A stretch of 64,000 nucleotides of DNA, taken from Piscinibacter sp. GTDB lineage: Bacteria > Pseudomonadota > Gammaproteobacteria > Burkholderiales > Burkholderiaceae_C. The notes under the pieces are model-generated. The model had not been told where the DNA came from. It searched no databases and was given only the letters and a program-made list of their open reading frames with translations. Location: assembly GCF_047600445.1 (NCBI RefSeq), contig NZ_JASGKT010000001.1, positions 454,853-518,852 of the forward strand, in the 5' to 3' direction. Both the position numbers and the translations under genes were made by a program. This document shows, in pieces, positions 1 to 10,644 of this stretch (positions are counted from its first letter, which is position 1; every line of letters begins with the position of its first letter).

Positions 1-96
1 GTGCTGCACGCGGTGCGCAAGATCGCCGGCGAGCGGCAGAAGAACAGCGAGCTGAACCAGCAACTGCACGTGCTGGAACAGACCCTGAAGGGTTGA
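1..96 (+). CDS. dnaA: Chromosomal replication initiator DnaA, C-terminal end (5' part outside window)
   Basis: The frame is open from base 1 and translates [31 protein letters not shown], then TGA at 94-96. This fits the conserved ..TVLHAxRKI.. tail of DnaA domain IV. The synteny dnaA-dnaN-gyrB supports the call. Confidence 0.75.
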   Translation: MLHAVRKIAGERQKNSELNQQLHVLEQTLKG

Positions 97-159
97 AGCC
101 TTGAAAACCGACCGGTGTCAAGGGACAACTCTGGGGACAGCGCCGGAACAAGCGCGCGG

Positions 160-168
160 CTGTCCACA
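160..168. promoter_or_regulatory. DnaA-box-like 9-mer CTGTCCACA
   Basis: Lies in the dnaA-dnaN intergenic region. Compare the consensus TTATCCACA; the core TCCACA is conserved. Confidence 0.35.
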
Positions 169-277
169 GCCTGCGGCCGACCGGCGCAGTTGTTCAAGTT
201 CGCGCGGGCCTTCTCCGGCCCTTGCCGCACAGGGTTTGGCCGTGCGTAAAGGCTTGACGGAAAAGGCGAAAATAGCG

Positions 278-286
278 TTCTCCACA
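278..286. promoter_or_regulatory. DnaA-box-like 9-mer TTCTCCACA (8/9 to TTATCCACA)
   Basis: Lies in the dnaA-dnaN intergenic region, about 45 nt upstream of the dnaN ATG. Confidence 0.45.
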
Positions 287-330
287 GAAAACCCGGTCCT
301 CTACTAAGACGACCAATTCAAGAGGTTGAC

Positions 331-4054
<3,724 letters not shown>

Positions 4055-4073
4055 GGTGTCGTCGGGTCGCGCG

Positions 4074-4094
4074 TCCACCGTCTGTCCACCGTCT
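4074..4094. repeat. Tandem direct repeat TCCACCGTCT-g-TCCACCGTCT
   Basis: Two exact 10-mers lie directly downstream of the gyrB stop and upstream of the next ATG. The second copy reads TGTCCAC, like the DnaA-box-like site at 160-168. Confidence 0.5.
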
Positions 4095-4100
4095 CTCGCG

Positions 4101-4466
4101 ATGGCTTCCGACATCAAGACCGTGGCGTTCATCGCCGACCAGAGCGGCCTCGGCGATCGCCTTGCCCATAAGCGCATGTTCGGCGAATACGCGCTTTATC
4201 TGAACACGAAGGTCGTTGCCTTCGTTTGCGACGACAAGCTCTACCTGAAGCCCACGGATGCGGCGCGCGCCCTGCTCGGGTCGCCCACGGAGGCGCCGGC
4301 CTATCCCGGCTCCAAGAACTATTTCTTGCTCGAGGAAGAGCTCGAGAACCCGACGCTTCTTGGCAGGGCCTTCGAAGTCACGGAGGCTGCTCTTCCGCTG
4401 CCGAAGCCCAAGCCGCCAGCCCGGCAGAAGTCTGGTCAGCGGGGCAAGGCGAAAGGTGCGGTCTAA
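4101..4466 (+). CDS. TfoX N-terminal-domain protein (TfoX/Sxy family, N-domain only)
   Basis: Start taken at the internal Met (MASDIKT...). [31 protein letters not shown] matches the TfoX_N signature (MFGg.gly.dg..Fa.v.dd.LYLK.D). G+C is noticeably lower than in gyrB or nadC. Confidence 0.7.
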   Translation: MASDIKTVAFIADQSGLGDRLAHKRMFGEYALYLNTKVVAFVCDDKLYLKPTDAARALLGSPTEAPAYPGSKNYFLLEEELENPTLLGRAFEVTEAALPLPKPKPPARQKSGQRGKAKGAV

Positions 4467-4490
4467 AGCACGTTAGGCGTCACAACTCCC

Positions 4491-5036
4491 ATGCCCGTAC
4501 TTCCAGAGACTCTCAATACGCACAGGTTGCGACTCAGAAAGCCGAAAGCATCGGACGCCTCACGCATCTTCGCTGCATATGGACAAGACCCCGATGTAGC
4601 GCATTACATGATCTGGCGGCCGCACACAGAAGTCAGCCAGACTCAGGAGTTTATCTGCGACTGTTTGAGATCCTGGGAAGGTGAAGACCGCCTTCCCTAC
4701 GTAATTACTCGTCAGGATCGCGATGAACCGATCGGTATGCTCGATGCTCGGTTCCAGGGGCATATGGTCGACATCGGGTACGTCTTGGCCAAACGCGAAT
4801 GGGGCCACGGCTTCATGCCCGAGGCTATCGAAGCCCTGGTCAGCCAGTTGTTTTCCCTTCCTGGCATCTATCGCGTCCAGGCAACCTGCGACGTAGACAA
4901 CAAGGCTTCTCGACGAACTCTGGAGAAATCAGGCTTCGACCGGGAGGGTAGGTTTGAGCAGTACACAATCCATCCAAACATCTCATCCATACCCAGAGCT
5001 TGCTACATGTACGCGAAGTGCCGCAGTGACGCCTAA
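4491..5036 (+). CDS. GNAT family N-acetyltransferase (RimJ/RimL-like)
   Basis: 181-aa ORF. THRLRLRKPKASDA...GYVLAKREWGHGFMPEA...VQATCDVDNKASRRTLEKSGFDREG is typical of RimJ/RimL-type GNATs. Lines I counted were about 52-53% G+C, against 62-70% in neighbouring genes. Confidence 0.85.
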   Translation: MPVLPETLNTHRLRLRKPKASDASRIFAAYGQDPDVAHYMIWRPHTEVSQTQEFICDCLRSWEGEDRLPYVITRQDRDEPIGMLDARFQGHMVDIGYVLAKREWGHGFMPEAIEALVSQLFSLPGIYRVQATCDVDNKASRRTLEKSGFDREGRFEQYTIHPNISSIPRACYMYAKCRSDA

Positions 5037-5096
5037 CCCTTCGCTGGAGCCGACAAGCGCCATGCCGATGCTTGCGGCTCGGCTCAAACGCTAGGC
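5031..5096 (+). repeat. attC (59-base-element)-like imperfect inverted repeat
   Basis: GCCTAAC-CCTTCG-CTGGAGCCGACAAGC-gccatgccgat-GCTTGCGGCTCGGCTCAAACG-CTAGGC. The arms pair with unpaired bases. The length of 66 nt lies within the attC range. Confidence 0.5.
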
Positions 5097-5122
5097 GTCT
5101 CCGAGACTTCAAGAACCCGCGC

Positions 5123-5983
5123 TCACACCATCGCCAGATCCAGCCCGATATCCGCCGCCGGCGCGCTCTGCATCAACCGGCCGACCGAGACGTAGTCCAC
5201 GCCGCTCGCCGCAATCGTGCCGATCGTGTCGAGCCGCACGCCTCCCGAAGCCTCGGTCTTCGCGCGCCCTGCGACCAGCGCCACCGCCTCGGCCAGCGTT
5301 GCCGGCGCCATGTTGTCCAGCAGCAGATGGTTCGCTCCCGCCGCCAGCGCCGGCTCGATCTGGTCCAGCCGATCCACCTCGCAGATGATCCACGCGATGC
5401 CCGCCGCCTTCGCCCGCGCCACCGCCGCGCCGACACCCCCCGCCACCGCGATGTGGTTGTCCTTGATCATCGCCGCGTCCCACAGGCCCATGCGGTAGTT
5501 CTCCGCCCCGCCCAGCCGCGTCGCGTATTTCTCCAGGCGGCGCAGGCCCGGCAGCGTCTTGCGTGTGTCGAGCAGCGTTGCGCGGCCGCCCATCGCATGC
5601 ACGTAGGCACGGGTCATGGTGGCGATGCCGCTCAGGTGCTGCACCGTGTTCAAGGCGTTGCGCTCTGCCGTGAGCAGCGCGCGGGCGGCGCCGGTGACGC
5701 GCAGCAGTTCGGCGCCGGCCGGGACCGCCTCGCCCTCGGCGGCGAGGATGTCGACCGCGCACGCCGGGTCGAGATGGCGGAAGAAGGCCGCGGCGATCGG
5801 CAGGCCGGCGACGACGATATCCTCGCGGCTTGCCATCACGCCCGCGAAGCGCGCCTCGGCGGGGATGACGCTCTCGCTGGTCACGTCGCGACCGCCGCCG
5901 GGAAAGCCCACGCCGAGATCCTCGGCCAGCGTGGCGGCGATGAAGGCCGGAAGGTCGAAGCCGGGGAGGGTGAAGGCGCTCAT
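5123..5983 (-). CDS. nadC: Nicotinate-nucleotide pyrophosphorylase (quinolinate phosphoribosyltransferase; NadC/ModD family)
   Basis: 286-aa ORF with ...ERNALNTVQHLSGIAT...LDTRKTLPGLR..EKYA...GG..NYRMGL.D...IKDNH..., characteristic of NadC. Confidence 0.85.
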   Translation of the reverse strand: MSAFTLPGFDLPAFIAATLAEDLGVGFPGGGRDVTSESVIPAEARFAGVMASREDIVVAGLPIAAAFFRHLDPACAVDILAAEGEAVPAGAELLRVTGAARALLTAERNALNTVQHLSGIATMTRAYVHAMGGRATLLDTRKTLPGLRRLEKYATRLGGAENYRMGLWDAAMIKDNHIAVAGGVGAAVARAKAAGIAWIICEVDRLDQIEPALAAGANHLLLDNMAPATLAEAVALVAGRAKTEASGGVRLDTIGTIAASGVDYVSVGRLMQSAPAADIGLDLAMV

Positions 5984-6043
5984 GGCCCGTGATTGTCCGG
6001 CAGGAGTCCAGCGATCAAACTAGCTTCCAGCTTTGGCGACCGC

Positions 6044-6463
6044 TCACCAGCTCCCGCTGTTGGCCATAGACACCCAGGGCTCGGCCGGCGGCAGCGGCGC
6101 GCCGGCCTGCAGCAGTTCGATCGAGATCGCGTCGGGCGAGCGCACGAAGGCCATGCGGCCGTCACGCGGCGGGCGGTTGATGGTCACGCCGTGGCGTTGC
6201 AGGCGCTCGCAGGCGGCGTAGATGTCGTCGACTTCGTAAGCGAGGTGGCCGAAGTTGCGCCCGCCGCCGTAGGCCTCGGGATCCCAGTTGTGCGTCAGCT
6301 CGACCTGCGCCTCGTGCTGCCCCGGCGCGGCAAGGAAGTAGAGCGTGAAGCGGCCGGCCGGCACCTCGTGCCGGCGCACCAGTTCCAGGCCGAGGGCATC
6401 GCAGTAGAAACGCAGCGAGGCTTGCGGGTCGCTCACGCGGACCATGGTGTGCAGGTACTTCAT
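6044..6463 (-). CDS. gloA: Lactoylglutathione lyase (glyoxalase I, VOC family)
   Basis: Internal start gives 139 aa. MKYLHTMVRVSDPQASLRFY...VELTHNWD...FGHLAY.VDD parallels E. coli GloA (MRLLHTMLRVGDL...IELTYNWG...YGHIAL). Confidence 0.85.
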   Translation of the reverse strand: MKYLHTMVRVSDPQASLRFYCDALGLELVRRHEVPAGRFTLYFLAAPGQHEAQVELTHNWDPEAYGGGRNFGHLAYEVDDIYAACERLQRHGVTINRPPRDGRMAFVRSPDAISIELLQAGAPLPPAEPWVSMANSGSW

Positions 6464-6498
6464 GGCGCGATTGTCGGCCGGGCGCGGCCCGCACGGGC

Positions 6499-6798
6499 TC
6501 AGCGGGGCCGGGCGGCGTCGTCGCCGGGCGGGTGATCCAGTTCGACGACGTGCATGCCGTCGCGCAGGTCCATCGACGAGGTGGCCCAACTGTCCATCGG
6601 CAGGGTCGGGCGGTCGTCGAAGTCGGCCGGCGTGGTGCTGCGCGGCGGGCCGCTGTCGTCGATCTCGACCCACTCGCCCTCGGGCTTGCTGTCGGTGATG
6701 CGCCAGACGCGCCGCCGCGCCGACGGCGCGCGCGAGGGCGACGCGGGCCAGCGGCCCAGCGTCAGCAGTCTGACGACGGCGAACGTGACGCGGTTCAC
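6499..6798 (-). CDS. Hypothetical small protein
   Basis: High GC3 in this frame. A possible GTG start follows ACGGAA. No recognisable family. The start is uncertain. Confidence 0.35.
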   Translation of the reverse strand: MNRVTFAVVRLLTLGRWPASPSRAPSARRRVWRITDSKPEGEWVEIDDSGPPRSTTPADFDDRPTLPMDSWATSSMDLRDGMHVVELDHPPGDDAARPR

Positions 6799-7043
6799 TC
6801 CGGGATTCCGTGCGGGGGTGTTGAACGAGAGCCGCAAAGATAGGCAGCCGCTCGCCGCGCGTCATCCGCCGCGAAGGGCTTTGTCCGTCAGCGTGCACGC
6901 ACCCGGCGCCAGGGGTCGCCGCCGGGCGACGGGCATGCGACGGAAATCACGGGCATGGTGCGGGTTGCGGGCGAGCGCGTCGTGCGCCCGGGGGCGCGCC
7001 GGACAATGATGGCGCTCCGTCCCGCAGGCCCACCCGACCGCCG

Positions 7044-7754
7044 ATGTCCGCCCCGGTTATCCCCACCAAGACCGCGCTCGGCCAGTTGGCGCTGCGGCGG
7101 CGCACCGGCGACATCGGCCCGCGCCACCGCACCATCCTGTTCCTGGTCGACGGGCGGCGCGCGCTGGCGCAGGTGCTGAGCCTGGCGCACCAGGCCGGGT
7201 CGGCCACCAGCCATTTCGAGGACCTGGTGCGCATGGGCTACGTCGAGCTGCCGCCCGAGCCGCCGAGCGCGGCGCCGCCGCCGGACGAAGCGCCGCTGGA
7301 GTCGCCGCGGCCGGCCGAGATCACCGAGCTGGCCGTGGAGGTCGGCGGCGAGGTGGACGAGGCACCGGAGCGGGAGCAGGAGCAGGAGCAAGAACAAGAA
7401 CAGATGACTCCGGAACCGGCGCCCTTCCTGCCGCCCGAGCCGCCACCGCCGCCGCCACCGCCACCGCCCGCCGAGGAGCCGCCGGTGCTGCAGCGGGCGC
7501 GCGCGCAGTTGCTCGACTGCCTGCGGCTCGACCCGCAGCCCAACGGCGCGCGGCTGGCCGAGAAGGTGCGCACGGCGCCGGCCAGCGCGACGCTGATCGA
7601 CGTGGTGTGGACCATGGAGCGCGGCCTGCGCCACCATCAGCGCACGCACGACGGGCTGATCGCGCTGCAACGCGCGCGCGAACTGCTCGGCCTGGGCAAT
7701 ACGCTGGTCGAGGAAGACAGCACGCCGGGCCGCCTGGACGAAGGCGACTGGTGA
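7044..7754 (+). CDS. Hypothetical protein with a low-complexity (EQ)n / poly-Pro linker
   Basis: 236-aa ORF with globular-looking N- and C-terminal parts. They are joined by EREQEQEQEQEQ and PPEPPPPPPPPPPAEEPP (nt about 7368-7470). No family recognised. Confidence 0.55.
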   Translation: MSAPVIPTKTALGQLALRRRTGDIGPRHRTILFLVDGRRALAQVLSLAHQAGSATSHFEDLVRMGYVELPPEPPSAAPPPDEAPLESPRPAEITELAVEVGGEVDEAPEREQEQEQEQEQMTPEPAPFLPPEPPPPPPPPPPAEEPPVLQRARAQLLDCLRLDPQPNGARLAEKVRTAPASATLIDVVWTMERGLRHHQRTHDGLIALQRARELLGLGNTLVEEDSTPGRLDEGDW

Positions 7755-7767
7755 GCCGGCGCCGCGC

Positions 7768-8244
7768 TCAGGAGTCCGTCGCGGGCCGGCGCCGCAGCAT
7801 GCCCCAGCCTTCCATCGTCATCACCACCTCGCGCTGCTGATTCAGAACCTGCCAGCGCTGGCGCACCAGGCCGACGTCGGGGCGGCTGCCCATGGGGCGC
7901 GCCTCCAGCACTTCCATGCGCACCGACAGCGTGTCGCCCGGGTACACCGGGCGGGTCCAGCGCAGGCTGTCGATGCCCGGCGAGCCGAGGCTGGCGGCGT
8001 CGAGCAGGTGGTCGTCGCAGATCATGCGCATGGTCATCGCGCAGGTGTGCCAGCCGCTGGCCGACAGGCGCCCGAACAGCGAGGCTTGGGCGGCCGCGTC
8101 GTCGAGGTGGAAGGGCTGCGGGTCGAACTCGGCGGCGAAGGCGAGCACGGCCTCGCGCGTCACCGGCTTGGCGCCGAACTCGCGCACGCTGCCGGCGGGG
8201 AAGTCTTCGAACCAGAAACGGATGGGGCGTGCGGTGCTGCTCAT
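7768..8244 (-). CDS. MaoC-like (R)-hydratase/dehydratase, hotdog fold
   Basis: 158 aa from the internal Met. FDPQPFHLDDAAA......GWHT.A..MR and YPGDTL are typical MaoC_dehydratas motifs. There is a 4-nt ATGA overlap with the upstream gene. Confidence 0.85.
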   Translation of the reverse strand: MSSTARPIRFWFEDFPAGSVREFGAKPVTREAVLAFAAEFDPQPFHLDDAAAQASLFGRLSASGWHTCAMTMRMICDDHLLDAASLGSPGIDSLRWTRPVYPGDTLSVRMEVLEARPMGSRPDVGLVRQRWQVLNQQREVVMTMEGWGMLRRRPATDS

Positions 8245-9191
8245 CGCCCGAGCATAGCGGCGGCGGCGAGTTCGGCCGCGGCCAGGTCTTCGAGCGCGTT
8301 GCCGACAGCCTTGAAGAGCGTGATCTCGCCGGCGTCGCGGCGGCCGGCGCGCTCGCCGCGCACCAGTTGCGCCAGCGTGCCTTGCAGCCGCTCGGCGCGG
8401 AAGCCGCCTTCGGCGACGGCGGCCAGCACGTCGCCCGACTTGGCCAGCGCCTCCTCGGTGTCGACGAAGACGCGGGCGCGTGCGAAGCACTCGGCGTCGC
8501 ACTCGCGCATGCGCGGCGTGAAACTGCCGATCAGGTCGAGGTGCGCGCCCGCGCGCAGCCAGCGCCCTTGCACCAGCGGCGCGGTGGCCAGCGTGGCGCA
8601 ACTGACGATGTCGGCCTCGGCCACCGCGGCGGCGAGCTCGTCCACGGGCTGCGCGTCCAGGCCTTGTTCGCGCCAGTCGCGTGCCAGCGCCGCGGCGCCT
8701 TCGGGGCGGTGGTTCCACACCCGCACCCGCGCGATGGGCCGCACGCAGCGCATCGCCTCGGGCAGCAGCCGCGCGACGCGGCCGGTGCCCAGCACCAGCA
8801 GCCGCGCGGCGCCTTCGCGCGCCAGAAAGGAGGCCGCCAGCGCCGCCGCCGCGGCGGTGCGGCGCGAGGTGATCTCGTTGCCGTCGAGCTGCGCCAGCGG
8901 CACGCCGGTGCGCGCGTCGAACAGCGTGTACAGCGAATGCAGCCCGGGCAGGCCGCGAGCGCTATTGGCCGGGAAGATCATCACCGTCTTCAGCCCGAAC
9001 AGGCCGCCCGGCCGCCACGCCGGCATCAGCAGCACCGTGCCGCCGGGGCCCTGCGGGTCGGCCGGATCGGTGATGGTGTGGGTGTGGCGCAGCGGCACCT
9101 CGGCGCCATGCGCGAAGGCCTCGCGCAGCGCCGGCACCAGCGCCTCGAAGGCGAGCTGCGCGGCGGTGGCGGCGGCGTCGAGCTGGAGCAT
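8241..9191 (-). CDS. Ornithine cyclodeaminase / mu-crystallin family protein
   Basis: MLQLDAAATA...LLMPAW...GLKTV.IFP.N...GLP...Y.LFDA.TG.PLA.LDG..IT..RTAA... and the Rossmann motif VLGTGRVA. The alternative start at 9239 would add 16 aa. Confidence 0.85.
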   Translation of the reverse strand: MLQLDAAATAAQLAFEALVPALREAFAHGAEVPLRHTHTITDPADPQGPGGTVLLMPAWRPGGLFGLKTVMIFPANSARGLPGLHSLYTLFDARTGVPLAQLDGNEITSRRTAAAAALAASFLAREGAARLLVLGTGRVARLLPEAMRCVRPIARVRVWNHRPEGAAALARDWREQGLDAQPVDELAAAVAEADIVSCATLATAPLVQGRWLRAGAHLDLIGSFTPRMRECDAECFARARVFVDTEEALAKSGDVLAAVAEGGFRAERLQGTLAQLVRGERAGRRDAGEITLFKAVGNALEDLAAAELAAAAMLGR

Positions 9192-9237
9192 GGCCGGCAG
9201 TATCGCCGCCCGGCCGCGCGGCGCGACAATCGTGACC

Positions 9238-9717
9238 ATGCCCCGCGTCCAGCCCTTGCCCGCCGCCCCTGCGCCCGCCCCCGCCGCGCCGCGCCGGCGC
9301 GGCGTGCCCGCCGACCCGCAGAAGTACGCGGTGGACGTGAAGCCCAGCCGCATCGACGGCCGCGGCGCCTTCGCCGCCGAGGCGGTGCCGGCGCGGCGCA
9401 AGATCGGCGAGATCCGCGGCGAGGCGATCAGCGTGCGCGAGGCGCGGCGCCGCGCCAAGGGCCAGCGGCGCATCATGATCGTCGAGCTGAGCGAAACGCG
9501 CGCGATCGACGCTTCGCATTCGGCCGACCCGCTGCGCTTCACCAACCACTCGTGCCGGCCCAACGCGGTGCTGCGCATCCGCCAGGGCCGCGTCGAGTTC
9601 TACGCGATGCGCGACATCGCGCCGGGCGAGGAGATCACCGCCAACTACGGCGAGACGCACCACGAGGGCAGGCTCGCCTGCCGCTGCGGCGCGCCGGGCT
9701 GCGTGGGGGCGATCTGA
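9238..9717 (+). CDS. SET-domain protein (putative lysine methyltransferase)
   Basis: 159 aa with the SET motifs RIDGRGAFA, RFTNHSCRPNA, GEEITANYG and a C-terminal Cys cluster CRCGAPGC (post-SET-like). Confidence 0.85.
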   Translation: MPRVQPLPAAPAPAPAAPRRRGVPADPQKYAVDVKPSRIDGRGAFAAEAVPARRKIGEIRGEAISVREARRRAKGQRRIMIVELSETRAIDASHSADPLRFTNHSCRPNAVLRIRQGRVEFYAMRDIAPGEEITANYGETHHEGRLACRCGAPGCVGAI

Positions 9718-9723
9718 AGACGC

Positions 9724-10209
9724 TCAGCGCGCCGCGCGCGGCAGCAGCGTTCCGACCGCGAGCGAGCCTTCCTGGCTGAAGCGCACCGCGCCGAAGGCGC
9801 CGCCGGCGAGCTTGCCGCGCAGCACGAAGGGCACCGAGTCGCGCGTCGTCATGCTGCCGTCGGCCAGCGCCAGCGCCTGGCGCACCGCGCCGAGCGCCGA
9901 GATGCTCATCGGCACCACCAGCACGCGCTCGCCGTAGCGCGGCACGCTGCCGCGCTGGTCGCTCACGCCGCTGGCCAGCGTCTTGCCGTTGACCTCCAGT
10001 TCGAGCGCGCTGCCGTCGAACTCCACCGGCGCGTCGTTCGGGTTCTGCACGCGCAGCTTGACGGCCAGGCGCAGCTCCAGGCCCTGGCCTTCGATCGGTT
10101 CGATGCCCACCAGTTCGACGCGCAGCGGGTCGCTGCCCGGCAGCAGGGCGCAGGCGGCGAGCAGCAGCGAGGCGAGGACGGCGGTCAGGCGTGAGGTGAG
10201 GGTTCGCAT
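9724..10209 (-). CDS. LEA type-2 (water-stress/hypersensitive-response domain) lipoprotein
   Basis: 161 aa with the lipobox LLLAAC. LRVELVGIEP...LELRLAVKLRVQNPNDAPVEFDGSALELEVNG is typical of bacterial LEA_2 proteins. Confidence 0.7.
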   Translation of the reverse strand: MRTLTSRLTAVLASLLLAACALLPGSDPLRVELVGIEPIEGQGLELRLAVKLRVQNPNDAPVEFDGSALELEVNGKTLASGVSDQRGSVPRYGERVLVVPMSISALGAVRQALALADGSMTTRDSVPFVLRGKLAGGAFGAVRFSQEGSLAVGTLLPRAAR

Positions 10210-10317
10210 GGGGCGCAGTATGCCGGCCTTCGATCGGGCCTGGGCGGGCGATTGATTCAGTTCAACACGGCCGCGCCGCTGCGGCATACGATGCGGCCGT
10301 CGACCGGAGAAGCCGCC

Positions 10318-10644
10318 ATGAAGTCGCTCAAAGCCACGCTGAACATGCCGCCCGAGCCCGGCTTCGACGAGGCCTCGCTGGCCGATGCCTCGCTGCCCGA
10401 CGACGGCAGCATCGTGCGCCATCCCGACGGCTACTACTGGATCGCCATCGACGGCCACCAGGAGTTCGGCCCCTTCGACACGGCGGCCGAGGCGCTGGCC
10501 GACATGAACGCCGGCTTCGACGACAACCCCGAGCCCGGCGAGACGCTGCAGGAAGCCGAGCAGGAGCTGGGCCTGGCCGACTGGGTCGACGCCGACACCG
10601 GCGAGCTGGCCGAGGGCACCGGCACGCGGCTCGAGGATCACTGA
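10318..10644 (+). CDS. Hypothetical acidic small protein
   Basis: GGAGAA lies 6 nt upstream of the ATG (MKSLKATL...). GC3 is high. No family recognised. The 3' end overlaps the convergent kinase gene by 7 nt. Confidence 0.6.
   Translation: MKSLKATLNMPPEPGFDEASLADASLPDDGSIVRHPDGYYWIAIDGHQEFGPFDTAAEALADMNAGFDDNPEPGETLQEAEQELGLADWVDADTGELAEGTGTRLEDH

Larger units (their letters stand above)
4472..5097 (+). mobile_element. Candidate solitary integron-type gene cassette (core site, GNAT ORF, attC-like element)
   Basis: GTTAGGC (GTTRRRY) sits at 4472-4478. A promoterless, low-G+C ORF follows. The inverse core GCCTAAC at 5031-5037 contains the stop codon. An imperfect hairpin ends in GCTAGGC at 5090-5096. 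A 12-nt exact inverted repeat (GTTAGGCGTCAC / GTGACGCCTAAC) brackets the ORF. Confidence 0.5.

Noticed and set aside
4400-4478. The 3' end of the tfoX-like gene as a degenerate attC preceding the GNAT cassette
   Set aside because: The only weak resemblances are AAGCCGCC and GGTCTAAAGCAC-GTTAGGC. No inverse core is present, and GTCTAAA to GTTAGGC is far too short. It is left as a remark inside the cassette finding.
5072-7670. ORFs 5072..5992 +, 5109..5762 -, 5993..6535 +, 6888..7670 - and the N-terminal extension of 6044..6898
   Set aside because: These are shadow frames of nadC, gloA and the Pro-rich gene. Composition is dominated by Arg/Gly/Ala/Pro, with no motifs. Only the C-terminal 139 aa of 6044..6898 is the real gloA.
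8241-9239. A longer start (MVTIV..., 9239) for the ornithine cyclodeaminase-family gene, which would overlap the SET gene start (CATG)
   Set aside because: Family N-termini normally begin near the MLQLDAA... position. The extension is Arg/Pro/Gly-rich. It remains possible.
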